Positions 10,481 to 19,900 of a DNA stretch of 35,144 bases are shown here, in pieces. Every line of letters starts with the position of its first letter. The stretch's first letter is position 1. Origin of the DNA: Antechinus flavipes (taxonomy: Eukaryota); assembly GCF_016432865.1 (NCBI RefSeq), contig NC_067403.1, positions 256,708,857-256,744,000 of the forward strand, in the 5' to 3' direction. The translations under genes were made by a program, and so were the position numbers. The notes under the pieces were generated by a model, which was not told where the DNA came from, did no database searches, and saw only the letters and a list, made by a program, of their open reading frames with translations.

Positions 10481-11950
10481 AGAATACCGGCATCCATAAG
10501 TTGTGTACACCTGTTTGCATTCTAACAGGTGCTTCCTACAGTTTCTCCCTCTGTGCTACTTTCCTCCATTTCTCCATCCTGCTCACAGGCTGGGTATCTC
10601 CTCCCCTTATTTTTTTCCAAGGGCATCGCCCCCCCCCCTTTTTCTTCTCTTAACTGTCTTCACTTCATCCATTCGCTGCCATCCGTCTGGGTAGGACTGA
10701 CTTTCTTTTCACTTCTATAAGTCTCCTGCACTTAGCAAAATCAATACAGTAAGTGCTTAATAAATGCTTATTGACTAATTGACTGACTACAGCACAAGGT
10801 CTGCTTTGGGAACAAAGTCCACAAGGAGCCGGCCAGCTTGGGGGGAGGGGTGTCAAGGAAGGCTCCTAAGGGAGGTGGAGCATGAGCGGGGAATGGAAGG
10901 AGGGCGCAAGGGAGCCCGGGCTGCAAGGACTTAGCTTGCCATGGCTGCAACATGCATCCTTTACCCACGGCAACTTCGTGCCTTTGCCTGATGCTTTGAG
11001 GCGAATCTGGGCCTCTTGTGCAAGGTCACTTGGTCCCTGCCTAAGAGCTGGAAGGTGACATGGTGACATGGAGGGGCTATAATCCTGAAAACCGAGTGTC
11101 ACTTGCTGTGTGACTGCCCGGCTGGGCTTAGAGCCTGAATGTGAGTTCAGCCTCAGGCTTCCTAGCTGTGTGACCCTAGAGAAAGCAGACCTTTCTGAGC
11201 CTCAGTTTGCTTATCTATAAAATGGGAGTGTGAGAGAACGCCCAAGATTCCTGATAGCTCTAATCTAGGACCCCGACACCTGAACCTTAGGAACCTTAAG
11301 GAAAGAACCCTAGCGTCTGTCTGTACTTTACCCCTGAAAGCACAGAGAGTCACCTGGGAGTTTCAGAAGAGGCCGGACACAAAGGCAGGGCACCGGTTTT
11401 ATTTCTTTTCAACTCTGTTTCCTTCTTTGTCTTTCCCTTCCCACCCATGACGCGCCCTGGCCTTGAAGGCATCCATCCAGAAATGGAGCTAATGCCAGAA
11501 TGTTCTCTGTCATTGTCCCTTAAATGCTGGACGTGCTCCTTGAGGGCCGGGGCCCCGGTTTCCTTGCTCTGTGTGTCACCTCCCAGGGCCTGACATGGGC
11601 CGGGAGCACACACGGGACCTCGCACACGGGGACCTCCTGGGAATGGGCGCACAGGAGGCCCCCGTGGGGCCGGGCACTCAGGAGGCCCCCGGAGAGACCT
11701 TGTGGGGCCGGGCGCACAGGAAGCTCCCATGGGAGTGCGCCTGGAGAGGCTTTGCTGGGGCCTTATGACCTGGAGACAGCCAAGTCACAGGAGGAGTGGG
11801 AACAATAGCAGAGAGAACAGAGGGGGCGGGAACACAGGAATGAGCCGGGAACAGAAGCTGGGGGAGGCAGAGAATGAGTGAGAGCAGCTTCTGTACCCAA
11901 TGTGGGGCTTGCCAAGTGGAGGAGTCAACTTCACACCCAGGATGGGAGTG

Positions 11951-12388
11951 GGACACTGGGGCCACTCTCAGGATACTTGGGCCGCTCTCAGGACACTGGG
12001 GCCGCTCTCAGGACACTGGGGCCACTCTCAGGATACTGGGGCCACTCTCAGGACACTGGGGCCACTCTCAGGACACTGGGCCCACTCTCAGGACACTGGG
12101 GCCACTCTCAGGACACTGGGCCCACTCTCAGGACACTGGGGCCACTCTCAGGACACTGGGCCCACTCTCAGGACACTGGGGCCACTCTCAGGACACTGGG
12201 CCCACTCTCAGGACACTGGGGCCACTCTCAGGACACTGGGCCCACTCTCAGGACACTGGGGCCACTCTCAGGACACTGGGGCCACTCTCAGGACATTGGG
12301 GCAGTTGTCAGGACACTGGGGCCGCTGTCAGGACACTGGGGCCACTCTCAGGACACTGGGGCCACTCTCAGGACACTGGGGCTACTCT
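11951..12388. repeat. 20-bp minisatellite, 22 units (GGACACTGGGGCCACTCTCA)
   Basis: Exact 20-bp periodicity from 11951 to 12371, with no indels. Confidence 0.98.
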
Positions 12389-13328
12389 TCCAGGGCCTGG
12401 GGGGCAGGCTTCAGGTTTTGGCTCTCACATATAGTTTTCTCCATTTTTAAACTTGCAAACAAAGGCCTCCTGGGATGCCTCCTTTCCCAAAGGGGTACCG
12501 GCCCATAGAACCCCTAAAAATGATCATCGTATTACAATGACTCTCCTGGATTCTGAAAGATACAATCCCATCAGGCTTCCCAGCCCCGGGTAGCTGCTTG
12601 GACCACAGGCTGTCTGGCCAGCTCTGGGAGGCTTTTGTGGGTCTCTCCAGGCGGACTCGAAAGTGACTGCCATCGTTCCCTCCCAGCGTGTTAGGGTCCA
12701 GCCATTAGCCCCCACCGTTCCTTCTGCCTTTCCTCACCCCCTGAGCCCCAGCTCAGCATCTCGCCCTTCCTGGGCCAGCTTGGTTTTGACAGTCCCTCTT
12801 ATCACCAGAGCCCTCCCTCGGGGATATCTGAAGCATCATCCTGCCTGAGCATTGTGGGAAATGAAGTCCTAAAGGCATACCCACTAACTCTAGATTATCT
12901 TACAGGAGCTCCTGATGGAATGCCCAAAGCATTCCTCACTTTACAGGTGGGGAAACTGAGTCTCAGAGGGTAATCTCAGCCACATAGGGTCACAGGGCCG
13001 GAATGAAGACCTAAGCTTTCAAGCTCCAGATCTTACGCTCCTCCAGCCACAGCTCATTGCCTCCCTGGCATCTTGGGAAATGATTTATGAATCGATCGAT
13101 CAGCAAACCTCGATGGCGTTTGCTTTGTTCTGGGCACGGGGCTTCAGGCTCCAGTGTGCGGTCTGTGTCATAGGAGGGAGAGGTGGTTCGCGAGGAAGTA
13201 GAGTCAGCAAGGGCTTCGGGTGGGAGGGCACGGGAGGATGGCTGGATTTGGGACAGGGGAAGTGGGAGGGAGAAGACAGGAACAAAAATGTGATTGTCCT
13301 TCGATGTTTCCTTCCCTGCTCTGCTCTT

Positions 13329-13490
13329 GGGAGCCCGGGGATGAGGGAGCCATGCTCTCAGGGGCCTGGGGATGAGGGAGCCGCGCTCTCTGGGACCCGG
13401 GGATGAGGGAGCCGTGCTCTCGGGGGCCAAAGGACGAGGGAGCCGCGCTCTCAGGGGCCTGGGGATGAGGAAGTCGCGCTCTCAGGGGCC
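13329..13490. repeat. 31-bp minisatellite, about 5 copies (GGGGATGAGGGAGCCGCGCTCTCAGGGGCCT)
   Basis: ATGAGG/ACGAGG recurs at 13341, 13372, 13403, 13434 and 13465. Confidence 0.9.
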
Positions 13491-15136
13491 CAAGGAGTTT
13501 ACAGATTAGAGGCCATAAGTCACACACAAAGAGAGACCTCACTGGGCCAGGATCCTAACCTGGGGTCTGTAGAAATTTCATTAAAAACTGCCGCTCTCTG
13601 CACCTCGATTGATTGTGTTTCCTTTGTGACTGCGCACATTATGCATTTTAAGACATGAGTGGGAGAAGGGGGGAGCTACGGCAGACTGCCTGGACACAAA
13701 AAGCCGGAGAAAGCTTGGATTGGCCCCGGGAGTGGGAGAGAGCTCTGTGCTAGGGCCGGCGTGCAGCGGGAGAGGAGGGAGCTCCCTCCTGAGTCTGGCG
13801 TTTCTGTGGGGAGATACTCGGAGGAAGGCCTAGGGTGCCGCTCCTGGCCTGTTTCTGCCTCACTCCTGGGTCCCCAAGGGCTCCAGCTTAATTAAGTCGC
13901 TATTTGCCCTCTGGTTCAGCTGTGGGAAGGGGGGGGCTGCCTGATCTTTTCTAGAAGTCATATTCTCAGAGGATTCACTTTCTCTGGAGCTCAGGGAAGG
14001 GGCCAGAGCCCTGCAAAGGGAGAATCCCTCTCCAGAGATGCCGGCCCCTGCTCTGGCCACATCTGCGGGGCCGCTGGAGCCAAGGTGTGTGTTGGGAGCC
14101 GGAGGCCATGGAGGCCGTCCACCAGGCTGGTCGAGGCCTGGGCTCCTGGGCCTTCTCCCCCCGGGACTGTAAGCTCCGAGGGCTCTCGTACCGCCAGGGA
14201 GATCCGGCCACACGAGGCCAGGTGGATGGAGCCTGGAGAAGGGACTTCACGGATGGGAATCGTGTCAGGATCTGAAAGGATCTGGGGGGGTCCTGGGATG
14301 GGGGGTTGCCTCGCTTCTGCTTGCTCCCCAGGGCCCTGGAAGGAAGCTGCTTTTCCAGGCGATGCTCAGATCTGAGGACCCCCAGAACTCACCTTCCGCT
14401 CTCCCGTTCCGTGATCCTCTGTGACCTTAGCTTAGGAATATGTGACGCTGCAAGGGGAGCTTCCGGCTGTGTTTGTGTCCGATGGTGGCGGGACCGGCTT
14501 CGGGCTTTGCTTCTCTCCGGCTGACACACACATGCATCGCCATTGGGAATTCACCGAAGTGCTTCTTAACTCGACTGCAGATGTTTGCAGAGCACAGCCT
14601 GGGAGAGAACCGGCCCCGGCTCTGCGGCCCAAAGGCCTGCAGTACCCTCCGAGCTGCGTGAGCTTAGGCCCCTCACTTGACTCCTGTTTCCTCATCTGTA
14701 AAATGGGGATGACAACAACTGCACCGACCTCCAGGGTGGTTGTGAGACTCAAGAAATAGAACACTGTGGAAACCTTAAAACTCTACAGGCGTGTTAGTGT
14801 TGTTATTGTCGTAAACAGCACTAAGTGAAAGAATGGAAAAGCGCTTATTAAACGCTTACTGTGTGCCGGGCACTGAGTTAAGGATTGAGAATCCAAACAG
14901 AAAAGCAAGAAAGGGACCAGTCTCATATAATAACTCTTATAGGGGAGCGATGGCCAAGTAGGGGGCTTCTGGTCTGAGAGGTTGCAGGGATGGTGAGTAA
15001 CAGTAGCAGGGACTGGGGAGGGGACCCCCAAGTTTTCTCTACCCCCTTCTTCTTCCTCCTCACTTTCCTCTTACTTCTATATTTCCAACCAGCCACAGCA
15101 GAACTCTCTTTTCCCTTTCTGTAAAATGGGTGAGGT

Positions 15137-15138
<2 letters not shown>

Positions 15139-15183
<45 letters not shown>

Positions 15184-15293
15184 GATACTTAGACATGTAG
15201 ACACAGACATAATAACACATGGACACACATCCACAGACACACATACACACACACACCAGACATACAGACATAGACACACACACACTCACACAC
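15139..15293. repeat. (AC)n microsatellite with a degenerate AC-rich extension just upstream of the PELI3 promoter
   Basis: Direct reading. Confidence 0.95.
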
Positions 15294-15364
15294 GCCAGGG
15301 TTGTAAACAAGGGGTCTGGGGAAGGCTGGCTCCCAGATTCAGGGAAAGATGGGGGGGAGGAAGG

Positions 15365-16140
15365 AGGAGGGGTTTCTCCGTGGGGGCGGGGCTCCGCGGG
15401 AAGGAGGCGGGGCCTCGCCCGAGGTGCGAAGTTTCGCCGCAGGAGGCGGAGCTCGGGAGGCGGGGCTCAGAGCCTGGAGGGCGGGGCCTCGGAGGGGCGG
15501 GGCCTCCGGTGGTGCGCGTCCCCCTCCCCTTCCTTGTCCTTCTCGCCCTCCCCCCAACTCCGGGTGTCCCCGTGACGAGGCAGCGCTGTGGTGCCGCCGG
15601 GCCGGCCCAGCCCAGCTCGGCCCGGAGCAGCCCAGCCCGGTGCAGCCGCTGCGGTCCTGCCTGCGGCCAGGAGCGCCCCGGGGCTAGGTAAGGGGCAAAC
15701 CCGGGCCGCCAGAAGGGTGGGCGGGGCGTGGAGGGCGGGATGGGGGCGGGGAGGGAGGGGGCGGCGGGGGTCCGCGGGCTCCCGCGGGGAGCTGCGCAGC
15801 TGCGCGGCTCTCCCGCGGCCGGTCCCAGCTCGGCTCCCGCCTCCCCGCGGCGGCGGCGGCGGCGCCAGTCTCGGGGTGCGCGGCTCGGGCCGCCCCCCTC
15901 CCTCTCTCCCTCCCTCCCTCCCGCGCGCGTCCCCTGCGTGGCCGTGTTTCCCAAACAGGTTCCCTGCAGGAGGGCGAGTCTGCTGCAGCCTCAGCTCAGG
16001 GCGCACCGGAGGGTCAGAGGAGGAGAGATGAGGGTAAGAGCGGCCCCACCGCGCCCCCGAGCCCGCCCGGACGCCCCCGCGCACAGGGGCAAACGGGCAG
16101 GGGACCCCCGGGGCTCGGGGGCCAGATGGCGGCAGGGACG
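15365..16140 (+). promoter_or_regulatory. CpG-island, TATA-less promoter of PELI3 with clustered GC boxes
   Basis: Very GC- and CpG-rich. Repeated GGGGCGGGGC / GAGGCGGGGC Sp/KLF-type boxes lie between about 15382 and 15505, roughly 1.3 kb upstream of the ATG. Confidence 0.85.
15510..15687 (+). other. PELI3: Probable non-coding first exon of PELI3 (start approximate)
   Basis: Strong donor CTAG|GTAAGG at 15687/15688 just downstream of the GC boxes. No ATG in the segment. Splicing to 16770 gives a strong Kozak context (A at -3, G at +4). Confidence 0.6.
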
Positions 16141-16169
16141 GTGGAGGGGAGGCGGGAAGGAGCCGCCAG

Positions 16170-16350
16170 GCACAGACAGAGATAAATGAGGAGATGGGGA
16201 GAGACGGGGAGACAGGGAGAGATGGCGAGACAGACGGAGATGGGGAGACAGAGAGAGACGGGGAGAGACAGACGGAAACAGGGAGACAGAGACGGGGAGA
16301 CAGGAAGAAAGGGGGAGAGACAGCGAGAGAGGGGAGGAGGCAGAGAGATG
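16170..16350. repeat. GA-rich low-complexity tract (GAGAC/GGGAGA units) in PELI3 intron 1
   Basis: Direct reading. Confidence 0.85.
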
Positions 16351-16770
16351 GGAGGCCCGGAGGAGTCCTGCAAGGCCAGGAGCAGAGACAGTCCCCAAGT
16401 GCTTTGGCCGAGAGAGGGCCGAGGGCCGCTGGGGTTGGGGGCTCCCTGGTCCCAGATTCCCAAGAAGGGGGACACTTGGCTTGGAGGCAGCCCAGCTCCT
16501 CCCCCCAGGAGGTGACCGCCCCCAACCAGGCCGGGCCACATGTCTCTGTGGCCCCATAGCTGCGCTCCCTCTGTCCAGGCATCCCCTTCCCTCTCCCCCC
16601 TCCCCCATTGCCATGGTAACTAGGCAGCTGGGGGAGGCAAAGGCGGCAGTGTTGTCATGGTGATGGGGGAGGTGAAAGGTCCCCCATTCAGAAGGGGGGA
16701 GGCCGGGGGGCTGGGCCCCAGATTGTGGCCAACTGTCTGAGCGGCTTTCTCTCCTTGGCTCTGTGGTAGG

Positions 16771-16925
16771 ATGGTGTTGGAAGGCAGCACTGACGTGGGG
16801 ACCCCAGGATCCCTGGGCCTCCGGCAGACCAGCGCCAAAGCCCCCCGAATCCTTCCCGCTCCTCCTCCGGACACTTTGCTGCTGGGCAAGGAGCCTGTCA
16901 AATATGGGGAACTCATCGTGCTGGG
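16771..16925 (+). CDS. PELI3: PELI3 coding exon 1 (exon starts at 16770; phase-2 donor)
   Basis: Acceptor ctctgtggtag|G ATG GTG TTG GAA GGC; encodes MVLEGSTDVGTPGSLGLRQTSAKAPRILPAPPPDTLLLGKEPVKYGELIVLG; donor CTG GG|gtgagg. Too short to appear in the ORF track. Confidence 0.93.
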
Positions 16926-19900
16926 GTGAGGGCCTGGGATGGGCAGTGGGAGATGAGGGGTCGGTAGCCACAAAGCCCCCGGGGGCTCCATGGAGAGCAG
17001 GACCCTTCCTCAGGCTGAAGCCAGGAACTAACATTAGAAAACATTCAAGGCAGGAAGGACTTCAGTTCATCCCATTCGCTTTACAGAAGGATAAACTGAG
17101 GCCCAAAGAGAGGGAGTGATGCTCAAGCTCATGTGCTCCTCGGTGGCAGAGCAAAGTCTAGAACCCACGCCTCCTGGCCCCCGGTCCGGCGTTCCTTCCT
17201 CTCCCTCGTGCTGCTGCTCTTTTTGTTGGGTTCTGGAACCTCCTGACCGCAGTTTGGGGGCCAGAGTTTCAGAGAACAGTGTGAAATGATCCGGGGGGAG
17301 GGTCTGAGGGAGAAGGTCCACCTTGATGGAGAGAGCAGGGAAGGATCTCTGAGGGGGAAGTGTTGGAGTCGGGCGCCAAGGAGGGATGGGAGGGCCTCTC
17401 CTGCCCAGGGACCAGCAAGGACGGGACAGAGCAGAGGGGCTCCGAGTGCCCAGAGGGACTTGGGATGAAGTAATGCTTGAAGGGGAGGATGAGTCAGACG
17501 GTGAAGGATCTTAGAACCTGGAAGTCGCATGTGGGCTTTAGTCAGTAGGCAATGGGGAGCCACAGAAGACTTTTGAGCAGAGGAGAGATACCCAGGTCTG
17601 TGAGGATTGGTCGGTGCCCGCGTTCTCACTATGCTAGACTCGAGCTGTGGCCGTGTCAGACCACACGAGCTCCGGGTGCCCGCCACGGGTCGGACACAGA
17701 TACGGATGAGGAAGATTATTCTGGTAGTGGTCTGAGGATGGAAAGGCCAGAGGGGGGAGCGGGGGGAAGGGGTGCTGGCCAGGAGGCCATCCCAGGAGTC
17801 CAGGAGGGAGGCAAAGCGAGGCTGAGCTGGAGAAGAGGCCGTGGGTGAAGACTTTTGTGGAGGTGAGAATGGCAGGACCTGCTGTAGCTGACTGGGAAGG
17901 CAGCTGAGAGGGAAAGCAATGGTGCTGGCGTCCCAGGCGGCCCCGGGACAAGCAGAGGAGGGGGAACAGGCCGAGGGTTTTCCGGGCCTCTCCTCCTGCC
18001 GCCTCCACGGCTCACTGAGGGCCTTCCCAGCGCGGGAGCCGAGCCTGCAGGGCCAAGCAGCGGGCCGGGCCAGGCTCACCGCGCCTCTGTCTCCCCGCAG
18101 CTACAACGGGTCCCTGGCCAGCGGAGACAAGGGCCGCCGCCGCAGCCGCCTGGCGCTGAGCCGCAGGCCCCAGGCCAACGGGGTGAAGCCCGACGTGGTC
18201 CACCACATCTCCACCCCCCTCGTGTCCAAAGTAAGGCCCGGCCTCCTCGCTCGGCCCCTCGCCCTGCTCCTCTCCCAGAGGTCCTGCCCCCTCGCCAGAG
18301 AAGCTGGCGGGACCGGCTGGGCCCGGGGCAGTGACAGGGGCTTCCCATCCCCAGGCGCTGAGTAACCGGGGCCAGCACAGCATCTCCTACACGCTGTCCC
18401 GGAGCCACTCGGTCATCGTGGAGTACACCCACGACAATGACACGGACATGTTCCAGGTATGGCTCTGCCCCTTCCCTCCCTCCCTTCTTCCCTCCCTTCT
18501 TCCCTTCCTTCCTTCATCCCTTCTTTCTTTTCCTCTGGCCTTTCTTCNNNNNNNNNNNNNNNNNNNNNNNNNNNNNNNNNNNNNNNNNNNNNNNNNNNNN
18601 NNNNNNNNNNNNNNNNNNNNNNNNNNNNNNNNNNNNNNNNNNNNNNNNNNNNNNNNNNNNNNNNNNNNNNNNNNNNNNNNNNNNNNNNNNNNNNNNNNNN
18701 NNNNNNNNNNNNNNNNNNNNNNNNNNNNNNNNNNNNNNNNNNNNNNNNNNNNNNNNNNNNNNNNNNNNNNNNNNNNNNNNNNNNNNNNNNNNNNNNNNNN
18801 NNNNNNNNNNNNNNNNNNNNNNNNNNNNNNNNNNNNNNNNNNNNNNNNNNNNNNNNNNNNNNNNNNNNNNNNNNNNNNNNNNNNNNNNNNNNNNNNNNNN
18901 NNNNNNNNNNNNNNNNNNNNNNNNNNNNNNNNNNNNNNNNNNNNNNNNNNNNNNNNNNNNNNNNNNNNNNNNNNNNNNNNNNNNNNNNNNNNNNNNNNNN
19001 NNNNNNNNNNNNNNNNNNNNNNNNNNNNNNNNNNNNNNNNNNNNNNNNNNNNNNNNNNNNNNNNAGTTTAGAGAAGACACAACTCTTGCTTTCCTGAAGC
19101 TGACAATTTCATAAAGAATGGTAGGGGTGAAGCCCAGTGCTCGGCGGGTCCAGGTGTGGGATGATGGGAGCAGCTTAGGAGGACCAAGGGACTCTTGAGT
19201 CATGAGCGTGTCTGAAGCAACAAGTCTTTAGCCAGGGCTGATTCTACTCAGTCTGGCACTAAATGTTACGGGACAGAGAAGCCATTGTAATTCAGTTCAC
19301 ATTCAGAGCCTGCCCTGTGCTAGGCACAAGGAAGGGAGGGTGAAAGCGGTCCTGCCCTCGTGGGGTTTTGAGTCTAATCAGACAGGAAGTTGTAAAGAAG
19401 GGCACACTCGCTGAGGAGATTAGGGAGGACTTCCTGGAGGAGGCCTTTGAGAGGCAGCCAGCTGGTGGCTTAGTTGGAGCTCTATACTTCAAAGCAAGAA
19501 AACCTGAATTCAAATCCTGCCTCAGACACTTAGTAGCTGTGTGAAACTGGGCCAGTCAGCCTGTGCGTCCTCATTTGTAAAATGGGATCATACTTGTACC
19601 CATCCCCCGTGGGGTTCTTGTGAGGCTCAAATGAAATAAAACAAGTCAAGTATTAGATTACGAAGGAAGGGAGTAGAAGGAGAATCTTTCCGTTGTCAAG
19701 GGAGTCGACTATTTCCCTAAGTATCGCTTTCTTTCTCTGAGCCTCGATTTCTGTATCCGTCATATGGGGATAATAACAATCGCGCTGCCTCTCCTAGGGT
19801 TGGTTGGAGGAAAGACTCCATAAATCGTGCCTCATTTGAGAAAGAGGAGCCATTCTAGGCAGTGTAGTTAGTGGAAAGGAAAAGAGCCGGGAGTCAACAC

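Noticed and set aside
11951-12388. Repeat array as a CRISPR locus
   Set aside because: The units are contiguous with no unique spacers, there are no cas genes, and the context is mammalian.
11874-12508. Three overlapping 186-202 aa ORFs on the + strand
   Set aside because: Artefact of the 20-bp repeat, which has no stop codon in any + frame. There are no splice signals or recognisable domain.
1-15300. Exons of the expected upstream neighbour MRPL11 or another gene
   Set aside because: No recognisable coding exon found in the ORF track or by eye. Short exons could be missed, or could lie in the gap.
16613-16621. GCCATG|GTAACT as an alternative start plus donor
   Set aside because: Splicing to 16770 would be out of frame. 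The sequence is better explained as part of an X-box-like motif.
15286-17034. Long minus-strand ORFs (222, 371 and 347 aa) and many short ORFs over the CpG island
   Set aside because: Explained by stop-codon depletion in GC-rich and GA-repeat sequence. The translations are low-complexity and unrecognisable.
17129-18079. 316-aa minus-strand ORF in a PELI3 intron
   Set aside because: Runs through degenerate L2/MIR and purine-rich intron sequence with no protein-like motif.
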